Shown here piece by piece: positions 23,681 to 35,164 of a DNA stretch of 64,000 bases. The stretch's first letter is position 1. Each line of letters opens with the position of its first letter. The position numbers and the translations under genes are program-made. The notes under the pieces were generated by a model, which saw only the letters and a list, made by a program, of their open reading frames with translations, made no database searches and was not told where the DNA came from. The stretch is from Marsupella aquatica (Eukaryota > Plantae > Marchantiophyta), in contig OZ316893.1 of NCBI GenBank assembly GCA_973895155.1, forward strand, positions 6,534,963-6,598,962. Direction: 5' to 3'.

Positions 23681-26600
23681 GCTGCAATGACCGGCTCTCG
23701 AAGGGTGAGGTGAGACAACCTATTCAACGCCCTTTTGCTGCACCCTTAAGCTGTTGAGCTGCCATTGAGCTGGTGAAGCTGCATGCGGGTTGCATCTGTT
23801 CTACGGGCGCACTATCTGCCTGGTTTATGGATTGTGGACTTTGTGGGGAGCGACAATCGGTAACAATGTGAAGGCCATCAGAGGCTGGGCAAAGCAGTTT
23901 AGGGTGCTGTGGTCGAGGAGGAGCTCACCACAAATTGGGGAGAAGACGCGGGTGACGAGCTGGGGGCGGGGAGGAGCTGCAGTCAGGGAGGATACAGACC
24001 GTCTACAGAACGACTGGCAGTCGGAGCGGCGCAGGAGCTTAGAGTGGGCCAACGCCAGCTGAATACAAGCCAGGAGTTGCATAAGGTGAGAGTCCAAGTT
24101 TTGTGTTGCTTTAGTGTTCGAGCAGCGTGCTGCCATTTCAGCCATAGTGCACCGCCTTTGAAGCTCCCATTGTCAGGGCTGGTAAGACATCACGGCTACA
24201 TTGCTTTTCTTTGTTGTCCTCTGTCTTTTTGTGGGGACAACCTACTTGATTTGAGCTGCGCAAATCGTCATAAGTTAAGGCATGCGTCATGCCATCTGGA
24301 TAGTGTGCCACCGAACTGTGGGAGGATGAGCAACGCGTGGCTGTAAGCAGGTATTCTGTCAGCACAGGCGAGACTTCATTGTTAAAATCCTATTGCCTGC
24401 AATGTGTCTTGTAATGTGTTTTTCCTCATTCAATCAGGAGCTGAGAAGGGTATTGTTAGGCTTCAATTACTCTGTGTTTTTCTCCAGCTCCATGGTACAG
24501 TTTGTGCTTTGTCTGGCGCCCATGCTCCGTCGATCGTAGAGCTAGGTCAACCGAGCTTTGAAGAGGGAGGCTGTGGGAGCTCCTTACTGTGCTGCAGCTG
24601 CTCTTCAATCAACGGTGTAGAGATTGTAGCTACGATCAGTGTTTGCGGAGCTGCCAGCCGGGTGCTTCGATAGTAGAGAAGAGCAGCCACAGTGATTCAG
24701 TCCTTCTCCTACGTGCAACCAAGGACCCCCTGTGCATCGTAAAGTGTGACCTCGGAGCTGAGCTGCGCACTGTCTCTATTACATGCCTTGTTGTTCTCTA
24801 TTACATGCCTTGTTCTCCCGTCCACTATTTCCTGTGATTTTCTTTCTTCTAGAAGAGAATGGTGATTTCTTCTTCAATCAAACAAAACCCCACCCAACCA
24901 CCACCCAAGAACGTGGGGTGCGCGCTTCTCAATCCTCCTCAAACTGGCCCCAAGTCTGCTGAAACCCCATATATTACCCACCGGCACCAAGGGTCCAGTC
25001 CCAACCCGTCTTCCGCTTGCCACCCTCCTCACTCTCTCGCGCATCTATCTCCCGATATTTCACGCACAGCCGAGCCCACCAAAAGCTCTCTCCCTACAAT
25101 CCCTCCTAAATCAACTTTCTCGTTTCCTGTTGCTGCTGATGTATGTTTGTTCTCCCCTATTTTTGTTTACTGATTGGTCTCTCCACACTTCCTGCTTGAC
25201 ATTACTGTTTTGCTCCTCCTGGATCCAAACATGCCTTGTGCCCCGTGCTCCAACCTGCATCCTTTTCTTTACTGAGGGGGGGACCACAGCCTCCAGCCAT
25301 ACCTTGTGGCAGGCCTGGTCAAGACGGTGGTCGGTAGCTCGTTTTTGCTTTTTTCTCTTTTGTTTCCCAAGCTTCTGGGCGAGGGCATTACCATTCTGGA
25401 TTCTCCGCGAGGCGCCACTAGCTTTTTTTCTCGGTTGCCCGTGTGCCTGCCTTCTTAGTTTTGTTTTTTCCTCAAGTGACCGGGCCATCGCTGTATGCAG
25501 ATTTTTCTTGTTGTATTCATGTACAATATTTTATTGTTCTATCTAGGTTGTGGCAAGCCAACAAACTGTTGACAACCAACATGGAATAACAACTATGCAG
25601 TGCAATGGCAGAGGACACTGTCCAATATAGGAATGACATGGTTATGTTTTCAATTCCCTGCTTGGATGAGGCGTGGTGTTGCTTGTAATCATGTATTTCT
25701 TCACACTAGAAAAGCAGTCTGTCGGATGAGGTTGTCGGGATTGTTTGTGGGTCAGTCATCTTACGGACACCTAGCAACGTCAAATGAATGGTGGAAACGG
25801 GCCATGTTGTCATTTTGAAATTTGTCTTTCCTTTTGCCATGCTACCCAATCATTTTGTTAGTCCATGAGTCATAGATTCATAGATTCTATGTTTTGTGCT
25901 TTGTCTAGAATGCTATGGCGCCCATGCTACAATTTGTGGTTTTTGTCTAAGCACAAATCCTCTCTGTGCCTGGTCTCTGTGTACCGTCATTTGGATTGAT
26001 TGTGCAGACGTTTCCTCTTCTCCCAGTCCTTGTCATCCACCAGCCAAAGCACATTGGATTGTTTTCAAAGGAGGGTTGTGTAGTTCGGAGGGTTTGATCT
26101 ATGCAGCGGATTTGAGCAGATTGGCGGTTGTTAGTTTCTTCTTGTAAAACCTGTTTGTCTTTTCTGCTTTTGGCCATGCTCCTTCACTTGTTGCTGCAAG
26201 CTCAATGTGCTTCAGCTATGGCAATATTCACTTACCCTGTCCCAACGGCACTGCCATGAGCTGTAGGACAGCCAACAGAAGCAGATTGTATCAATTGCAT
26301 GTAAGTCAGGGTATTTTATGTATTGCGGAACAACTGTCCAAGTATGCTGCAATGGTCCATCTTGCAGAGCTGAATGAGCCAATTTCATTTTCCCTGTGCA
26401 CTTCTATTTCTCAGAGAATTCCCTGGTCATGCTCATTTCCCCCAGAGTTAGAAAACAAAGAAGAAGAGCTGACTAATTGTAATTCCAATCCATATCCTGA
26501 TCGGTCAAGGATTGTTCACTACATTGGCCTTGTCATTGGCCGAGGTCACCAAATTTTGCTTGGTTTCATTCCTGTGGAGCATTGCTGTGATGGATTTGTC

Positions 26601-27001
26601 GTAGCATTCTGCAAACTCTCACGGTTTGCTTATGGCCATTATTTGCAATTTGCTGCTACTAATATGTCTTCTTCTGAGCAGCATACACCAGAAGTAAGCA
26701 ATAGTGGAGGTTTAACTGCACATCAACACATCTAGTGAACTACCTCTCTGCTGCTCACTGGAGGGTGAGACTTTCACTCTTTCTGGATATTGTAGTTTGT
26801 AAGCAAGTTGATTAGGAGTGTTTCATGCTATGTTTACACTGTGACCCCTAGCTGGAACCAATGGAATGACACAGTGAGTGGGAACTGATAATTTAAGGTT
26901 GGTTGCTGTTGGTGAGGCAAGTACAGCTCCTGCTCACCTTGCTGATCGAAGGTGCTTATCAGAGGACGTGAACACACGACATCTCCACAAAAGCAACACT
27001 T

Positions 27002-27451
27002 ATGGTGAGGACCCGCAACGCTGAACATGTGCGGCTTGCACGCAAGGCAGAGATGTTGCGCCTTGAGTATGTCAGACTTGGGATCCTTCCAGCCCAGTCT
27101 GCATGGTACTTTGAGTACCCAGTTGTTGCCAGGAACAACTACAGTCGGCCTGTACCTGCTTCTCCACCCTTCCCAACATCCTTGGTATTTCTGTCTCTTG
27201 TACATGACCCGCCACAAATTAGGGCCCAAGGGTGTGTGCACAGTTGCCAATATGACTGTCCTGCCTGTAGGGCTTCTGGCCTAGAGTTGGATGACCGTTC
27301 TCTTGGATGTCGGTTTTTTCACAGAGCACAATGTATCATCTGGAACCACTCGCCATCCTGCAGTGTGCCTGGCAATGTCACTTGTCCTGCCCTCCCAGAC
27401 CCCACCACCGGTCACTTTGGTGTCTACACATGTTTGGATCACACGCTCTAG
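27002..27451 (+). CDS. Cys/His-rich protein with a PHD-like finger (cargo)
   Basis: CPAC...LGC...QCIIWNH..SC...YTCLDH spacing resembles a PHD finger. ATG start. Confidence 0.5.
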   Translation: MVRTRNAEHVRLARKAEMLRLEYVRLGILPAQSAWYFEYPVVARNNYSRPVPASPPFPTSLVFLSLVHDPPQIRAQGCVHSCQYDCPACRASGLELDDRSLGCRFFHRAQCIIWNHSPSCSVPGNVTCPALPDPTTGHFGVYTCLDHTL

Positions 27452-28120
27452 AGGACCACTTGTCACACCGCATGCACAAACCAGAGACCATTGACCTATA
27501 ACTTAACACTTTGACTTGAACAGAGAGGATATTTACTTAAGATTTTGAATTATGACCAATTTTGGGTCCAGGGTTTAGGGTCAACAGTACATAACTTATC
27601 CTATTATGGCTGCACTAAGTACAATATCCTAATTTAAGAGGCTAGCAAGCTCACTTAAAAGTCTCCTTTCAAAGACTGGAATTAATGGGCCATGTGATAA
27701 CCTGGAAAAAGTGATTTATGCCTAACTTATTTGTCTCATTCACTATCATAGCCTATTTAGGATGTATAAATTACAACCCTGATCACACTGCTTGATACCA
27801 ATCCTGTTCAAAAAATGCCTGTTTTACATGTCACGACTGTTATATGTGATTCAAATGCATTAAATCTTGTTGCAGATCTCCTTTGGTGAATCATAGCCAC
27901 AAAATTGAGGTGTAGGTGGAGCTATTGTACGAGGGGATCAGTTTTTAGTGTGGGCTCAACAAACCAAAAAGTATGTCTACTCTGCACATGTGTGTGAACA
28001 TTTCATTGCAGTAGCAATTGCCACTCTAGTCTATATGCTACACTGTACTTTTTGTACACTGCACTAAATTGTATTGTCTGTGCACTCTGCTAAATTGTAC
28101 TATCTGTCTCATGCGTAGGC

Positions 28121-28801
28121 ATGGCACGCCCTAAAATCCGAGCCAAGAAGCGGGGGACAGAGGTGAGCAACACAGGTGTAGTTGGGCCAGATGGTAGTAA
28201 CTTCTCCGCAAGTCAGATTTTCCAGAAGGCAGCTCATTGTTGTGCCATTTGTGACGATGGTGGTGACTTAGCCATATGTGAGGGCCCTTGCATGAGGCAT
28301 TTCCACCTCAACCCGGAGTCTGACCTTGCTGCAGAAAACAACTGTCCAGGGGTGGGCCTCCCGTCAGCACACCAAGGAGGCTGGATGTGCACTGATTGTT
28401 TGGAGAAGCAGGCTAAGTGTGCACAGTGTGGGAAGTTGGGGTCTTATGAGGGCTCTGTTGATGCTCCACCACTTGTTAGGAAATGCCCTGACAGATATTG
28501 TGTGAGGTTCTTTTGTTTTTCATGTTTGCCCGATCTTGCCACAGCTTGCCCACTTCATAAGTGCAAGGCATGTGGTCAGCACGATGAAGATTTCTGGGTG
28601 GACATAGTCCACTGTGTTAGGTGTCCCACCATGTGGCACTTTCATTGTTTGAAGGAGCGTCAAGCAGAAGGCTATGCTTGTGACAGACACATCTATGATC
28701 ACTCTGCACATGGTGTTGATCGATGGATCTTCTATTGTCATCGCCATGCCATAGATCCTACTTTGCACACTCCCATGAGAGATCACATTTCTTGGCTTTG
28801 A
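28121..28801 (+). CDS. Stand-alone EDM2-like composite PHD-finger protein (cargo)
   Basis: CAICDDGGDLAICEGPCMRHFH...CAQCGKLGS...CPLHKCKAC...CVRCPTMWHFHCL...IFYCHRHAIDPTLHTPMRDH is colinear with the EDM2/NSD-type PHD cluster as recalled. N-terminal basic NLS-like KIRAKKR. Confidence 0.85.
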   Translation: MARPKIRAKKRGTEVSNTGVVGPDGSNFSASQIFQKAAHCCAICDDGGDLAICEGPCMRHFHLNPESDLAAENNCPGVGLPSAHQGGWMCTDCLEKQAKCAQCGKLGSYEGSVDAPPLVRKCPDRYCVRFFCFSCLPDLATACPLHKCKACGQHDEDFWVDIVHCVRCPTMWHFHCLKERQAEGYACDRHIYDHSAHGVDRWIFYCHRHAIDPTLHTPMRDHISWL

Positions 28802-29386
28802 ACCTGAATAATGTACATGCATAGTGCACCTGATGTGGATACCTTGGAGATTGCAGACATTCCAATTTTGAGAAGAAGGACCTCTGTAGGAGAGGATGCT
28901 TAGGCAACAAGTACCCTAAGTTCATTACTTGTTCCTGGGTACATGCCTTCAAAATCTCCCCTTAAGCCTTCTAGGAACTTTTTTAACTCTGCAATCATTT
29001 TGATCACGACTTACATGACACTGCTTAAATTAAATCAGGACTTCTCATTATGAGCATATAAGTTACAAGGCTATTTAATTTGCGAGAATTCCCTTAAAGT
29101 GTACCAACATTTTGTATTCTCATTGAATGTCTGCCCCCATACGAAACATCTGTATGTGGCATCACAAAACAATTGCACTTGTCACCTTCAATATTGTGAA
29201 GGCACATATTCAAACTATGAAGTGCATGCTTGCAGGTGTCTAGTACGTTTGTCCCAATATTTCTCCCGTTTGGAATCGGAGCAGAGACTCACCAGACGAC
29301 TGGACTGGACCAAGTTATAAACGCAGCATTTTAAGGGCCCTCCGATTATCAGGTGAACGCATTATCTTCCGGTCTGCAGTGATTAG

Positions 29387-30250
29387 GTGGCCCGTGTGTA
29401 CATGGCCTCTAGGAAACGTACAAATGTTGACCACCCGCCTCTGTTGGCTGGAATCAAAGCCATTTTGATTCCTGGCCACTATGGGTTCACCCAAGTGAGT
29501 TGGCCAATCGTACAAAAACGATTCTCAGAGTTCCATGGGACTGAAGTCAAGGACATCACTCCACAGACTACACATGTTGTTGCGGGGACATGGCTGGATG
29601 TGATGAACAAGTGGTCATGGTCCTTCATTGATTCTGCCATTACCAACCAAGGTCTAAAAGTAGTTGAAGTCTCTTGGCTGACCGATTCTGTTAAACATAG
29701 GTGTGTACAGAGTACTGAGCAATATGAGTTGTGGGAGAGTGAGGAGGCCACTGCAGAGGCTTTGGCTGAAAAGGAAGCCTATGAAGCAACGGCAGAGAAA
29801 CCCAACTTTGCTTCTGTCCAATATGGACCTGTTGTCAACATAGGACACCATCCTATGCGTGCAGATGCTATATTGAATGAGCATGGCAAGGAGAGAAATA
29901 CCATTATGAAGGGGTTCAGTGTGGTATTTGTAGAAGAAGGAATTGGGGAGACTAAGTGCAGACTGTACAAGTCTATAGTTGTTGAGCTAGGTGGGACAGT
30001 GGAGGAGAGTCTAACAGAAACCTCCACTCATGTTGTAGGTCTGTCATACATGAAAATATGCAGAAAATTCTTTAAGACAACAGTGCGTGATTTTGTCATG
30101 AACAACAATCTTTGGGTGCTTTCCCCTGATTGGCTTCTGGAATCAGCAGCTAGAGGGAAGCGACAAAATGCTTGGGACTTTGATATTTTTGAGGCCTGGC
30201 CCTCCAAGATTCAGCGGAGATGTATGCTTAGCAAAGGTGGGAGAGAGTGA
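29387..30250 (+). CDS. Tandem BRCT-domain protein (cargo; ATG probably at 29402)
   Basis: Two repeats: LAGIKAIL...TTHVVA...VVEVSWLTDSVK and MKGFSVVF...LGGTVEESLTETSTHVV...LSPDWLLES. Confidence 0.85.
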   Translation: MARVYMASRKRTNVDHPPLLAGIKAILIPGHYGFTQVSWPIVQKRFSEFHGTEVKDITPQTTHVVAGTWLDVMNKWSWSFIDSAITNQGLKVVEVSWLTDSVKHRCVQSTEQYELWESEEATAEALAEKEAYEATAEKPNFASVQYGPVVNIGHHPMRADAILNEHGKERNTIMKGFSVVFVEEGIGETKCRLYKSIVVELGGTVEESLTETSTHVVGLSYMKICRKFFKTTVRDFVMNNNLWVLSPDWLLESAARGKRQNAWDFDIFEAWPSKIQRRCMLSKGGRE

Positions 30251-30390
30251 GGAGTAGGAGTCCCTCATATTTTTGTATAAATCACAATTTTGTAATAAAT
30301 ATGATCCTTGAACTAACTCATCTTGTCATGGTTGGTCGCAGTTGAAGTGATTGTTGTTTCCTGCTGCGTGGGGTGTGACTGTGAATCTAC

Positions 30391-30960
30391 TTGCTGGGCT
30401 CTGTTTGGCTGAAGACTTTGGTGGGTATGCTGCCTCTTCCAGACCGTCAGGCCCTGTGTAGGGTCCTCCTACGGGTTGCATCGTGCATGGCTACTGCTTG
30501 GGCTTACTTGTGTGGATTGGTAACCAGACAGAGTGTAGCTCCATCCGAGATAATGCCTGCAGACCTTGGATGTGTTGTGAATGCTGTGGTGAATGAGGAT
30601 GCACAGTCGGAAGAGGACATTTACTTTTCAGCAGATGAGTTAGACAAGCACGATGCTGTAGGTGGTTCCTTGTTGCCTGATTTGGCAGATGATATAGTTC
30701 TTACACATGTCTGGCCGAGGGTTCTTGTGGTGTCTGGCGCACAAGATATCTGCAAATATAGACTAATTAGTACCCAGTGGAGGGACTTGGTAGCAACATG
30801 TGCACCATGGAGGGCACTGCTGCCACTGCTTGTAGGCACGGATCGAAGACCACCATGGCATGAGCAGGGTTTAGACCTTGATGACTTAATGTACATGCCT
30901 GAGTACCTCAGGGCTGAGTGGCATCGACAACAAGATTGGTATCCGTATTTGATGTGGTAG
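30391..30960 (+). CDS. F-box-like protein (cargo)
   Basis: LLPDLADDIVLTHVWPRV...CKYRLISTQWRDLV matches the F-box pattern LP.L..(D/E)I......L.......R.V...W..L. Confidence 0.65.
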   Translation: MLGSVWLKTLVGMLPLPDRQALCRVLLRVASCMATAWAYLCGLVTRQSVAPSEIMPADLGCVVNAVVNEDAQSEEDIYFSADELDKHDAVGGSLLPDLADDIVLTHVWPRVLVVSGAQDICKYRLISTQWRDLVATCAPWRALLPLLVGTDRRPPWHEQGLDLDDLMYMPEYLRAEWHRQQDWYPYLMW

Positions 30961-31286
30961 TAAGATGAGGACATCTCACACCGGTCTCGCACCTGGCACC
31001 TGTGTCTATGACTATACATGATTGGACTCTGATATGGTCATGGATGTACGTGCAGAGGCAGTACATGTGAGGACAGCGGAGGAGTTGACACCCTCAAACA
31101 TTTAGGAATTTTGTCTCATTCACTTGAGAATAGGTACATGACTCAGGCACCTATATTTTTTGTTTTTTTGTTTTTTTGGAACGTTACGTATTTTGGCAAG
31201 TACAGTCGGGGGTGAAATCCTTAACAGGAAGTGTATTTTTCACTTGCATAATAAAATGACAGGGTGCTGAGTGCGTGTGTATAGTG

Positions 31287-34200
31287 ATGGCTCCAAGGTT
31301 GCCTCTTCACAACCCATTTAGGATTAGGCATCATGATTCTAAATTGTGGATGCGTGAACAAGCCCGGGCCGCCCAAGATAGGAGTAGGAGGATGAGATGC
31401 CCATGCACACAGTGCCAAGGATTCAAGTCATTGAGTTTGAACACTGTGCACCTTCACCTGCTGCGGCATGAAAGGCACCCTCGGTGGAGGGTTTGGAATG
31501 TACCAGCAGAAGAAGACTCCTCTGATGAAGAGTGGAGAGCTGACTTTGTGGATTCTAATACAGCTAGGCATAGAGACTACGTAGAGCAGGACATAGACTG
31601 TGCAGAGGATGGTCCTGGGGTCCAACATGAGAACGTGGATGACCAAGATGGAGATGCAGAGGCAGTCACTGAGGACGGTGGGATGGATGTCCCAAGAATG
31701 GTTCAAGAGATTTTTGAAGACCTTGATGCTTTTTACGACACAGTGGAATCAGAAGAGGACAATGAACCGCAGCCACACATTGGCGACGGCCAAGCTGAAC
31801 CTGACTTTGACATTGGGGAAGGTGCAGCAGAGAGGGAGTGGGTGTTTGGGGGCCCAAAACACATCAAAGAAGCTTGCATTCCTATCTACGAGGGGTCGAA
31901 CTGCTCCAAGCTGGGTTTTGTCATGTTGTTGTTGAACATCTGTGGCAATCACAATGTTCCCAATATATTTGTGACAGAGTTGTTGACCTTCCTGAGCCGA
32001 AATGTGTTACCAGATGGTAATTCAATTCCAAAAAATATGTACGAGGCTAGGAAATTGATGTCTAACCTTGGGCTGAACTATGTGTCTATTGACGCATGCC
32101 CTGATGGGTGTGTTCTCTTTCGCAAAGAGCATGCAGATAAATTGACATGCCCTCATTGTGGTAAGCACAGGTACAAGAATGTAGGGAAATGTACACACCC
32201 TGCCAAGGTTCTTCGTCATTTTCCTCTCATTCCTAGACTACAATGTCTGTTTAGATGCCCTGCCATTTCCAAGCTGATGACATGGACTCCTGATAACAAG
32301 AGCAGTGATGGCCTGCAGCGTCACATTGGAGATTCCAACCATTGGAAATTTGTTGATGAGAGGTGGCCACAGTTTGCTGCAGAGAAGCGGAACTTTCGAT
32401 TTGGTCTATCACTGGATGGAGTAAACCCATTTGGAGACAAAAACAACCGTTATTCATGTTGGCCGGTTACGCTGCTAAATTACAACCTTCCCCCATGGAT
32501 GACTACAAAGAGGTTTTTTGTCATGATGGTGCTGTTAATCCCTGGACCAGCTTCTGTGACCGAGCAATTCATAGATATCATGTTGGCTCCAGCAGTGGAA
32601 GAGTGGAAGACTTTGTGGATAGAAGGGGTGTTAACCCATGATGTTCTGAAGGGGCTTCTTCGACCCAGCCCCTTTAGACTGCATGCAATTTGTTTGCTGG
32701 ATATAGCAGATTACCCAGGCCATGGCATCATATCTGGACGAGTGACAAAGGGCTATGTGGGGTGCACACCATGTGGGAAAAATGTGACAAGTGAGTGGTC
32801 GCATGCCCTGCACAGTATGAAATTTCAGGGGCATAGAAGGTATCTGCCTGTTGATCATCCTTACAGGCACACACGGTCTCAAATTGCACACTTCAACAAC
32901 AAAACAGAGCTTCGTGGCCCACCACAGAGGGTCACCAGAGAGCAAGTCCTGAGGTGGGCAGCCAGGAAGGCTGATTGGGACAAGAGAAGTGCCACTGATC
33001 GAGAACCTGAGGATCCAGTGGTGAAACACGGTGTGAAAAGACAGACCTTGATGGACTTGGAGTTGGAGTACTGGAGGGTAATGTACTTAGCCTCCAGCCC
33101 CTGTATGATTGCAATTTTAGATTGGAGCAATGGTGGATTGATGTTGGTTACAATCCTCCTATGTGGTTAATTAGTGTTTCTGTTGTTGAATTCTTTGCTT
33201 TGTGGAGTGCAGGAATTCGAGCCCAGCAAACACAATGTGGACGTCATGCACATTGAGAAAAATATTTGTGAGAGCTTGCTGAAGTTCTTGTCGGGTGAGA
33301 AAGATACAGGAGCAGTTCGAGCTGATATGCAACAGAAGGGGATTCGCCCTCACCTTTGGTTGAAGCCCCATGCAAGCAATCCCAATGTACTTCTCAAGTT
33401 CCAAGCTCCCTATGTGTGCACACAGGATGAATGGAAGACATTCTTGTATAGATTGAGCTGTCTGAAAGTGCCCTCTGGCTATGCTGGTGCCTTCAAGAAG
33501 CATATTACAAAGAATAAACTTGGCAGTATGAAAACACATGACTACCATGTGTTGATGCAGCACATTCTGCCCCTATGCCTCAGAGGTCTCATGCAGAAAC
33601 CAGTCCGTAATGTCATTCTTCGACTGTGCAATGTATTTCGCCGTATATGTGTGAAAGTGTGGGATCCCCAAGGATTGGAGCAGTTGAAGCAGGATGCTGC
33701 TTATGTCCTCTGTGACTTGGAGATATACTTCCCCCCTGCTTTCTTTGATGTTATGACTCATCTCCTAATCCATGTGGTAGAAGAGCTAGGGCAGTATGGG
33801 CCAGTCAGTACCAGATGGATGTACCCTATGGAGCGATACATGAAGTTGTTGAAAGGTCATGTGAGAACATACTACAGGCCAGAGGCTTCCATGGCATTGG
33901 GGTACATTAAGGATGAGACGTTGGGATTCCTAACAGAGTACATGGCTGGGTCTGGTGAAGCTATGACAAGAGTTTGGAAATCTGGTGAAGATGATGGAGT
34001 GAGTGGCGAGGTTGTTGAAGGTGTGGGACGTGCTGTTCAGCTGCCTGTTGCGATTCGAGACAAGGCTCATTCATATGTGCTGGCAAACACAGAGCCTATG
34101 CAACCATGGTGGAGGTGAGTGATTGAATTGACTTGCCTTTGTTGTGATGCTTCTTGTCTGTTCCAAGGGTGATCTTAGGTTGTCATGTGTTGTTTAGACC

Positions 34201-34987
34201 TAACTATGCCTGTACCTCATATTGCAGGGAATATGATATGCAAAAAGCTGCACACTCTGGGCAGCAGGATCCCTTCCCACAGTTCGAGCAGTGGATTCGG
34301 GTGACAATTCGAGAGCATAGTAGACATCACCCAGATATGGAGAAGGATTTGTATCTTCTATCTGTGCCACCACGATTGTCTATTCTGACCTACAAACGGA
34401 TGAGAGCTTATGGAAATCATTATCGAGTGAGGGATGAGCAGGGTGACCATTGTGTATCATATGATTGTGGTTTGATTTCTGTGTTTGAGCAGAGAACCTC
34501 TGAAGAACAGAGGGGGTGGATGAAGATGGGTTACGTGGGGGAGTTGACCGACATTTGGGTGTTGAATTATGGTAACACAAGTGTCCCAGTGATATTGATG
34601 AAGGGATCATGGATGAAATCAGAGTGGCAGAGACCAAGGGCCACCATGAAGCGTGATCATGATGGGTTCTTGTTGGCCAATTTTAGGTCCAGAGTACCAG
34701 AATGGTCTGAGCCTTTTGTTTTCCCTAGCCAAGTTGAACAGGCTTTCTTTGCAGATGTGGAGGAGTCACATGGCTGGAGGGTGGTATGCCATAGCCAAGC
34801 ACGGAACAGGCGGATGGATGGAAGTAAAGTAGAGTTCAGTTTGGATGACCATGCTGCATTCGAGCATCCTAGTCATGAGACTGTACTTCCAACTCGGGCA
34901 GGGACTGACTACATCCCCTTAACATTGAGAGAGACATATGATGAACCTGGGCAAATGGAATATGATGAGGTTGATGATTTGCAATAG
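31287..34987 (+). CDS. CACTA TnpD-like transposase, intact, exons 31287-33077, 33213-34114, 34228-34987
   Basis: CPCTQC...HLLRH, LSLDGVNPF, DVMHIEKN, MKTHDYH, RWMYPMER, EPFVFPSQVEQAFF. In-phase GT-AG introns at the same positions as in CACTA-1. No stops seen. Confidence 0.93.
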
Positions 34988-35164
34988 GCAACAGCTGGCG
35001 ATTGGCAAGTATGAGGTTGAGGATGACTACCTGCACAGAGTCACAGAACGGGAATTGCTGCCTGGAATGATGTTTAGGATAGTTGGATATGCATGAAATT
35101 GATTGATACTTTGAATTTAGTGTGCTGATTCTCCCTGTTTGGTTGTGGGTGCTGTGCAGAAGCT

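Noticed and set aside
9428-28801. A single split EDM2 gene (PHDs plus MTase-like domain)
   Set aside because: The PHD and the MTase-like region are on opposite strands in different nested elements, and the MTase is linked to ParB.
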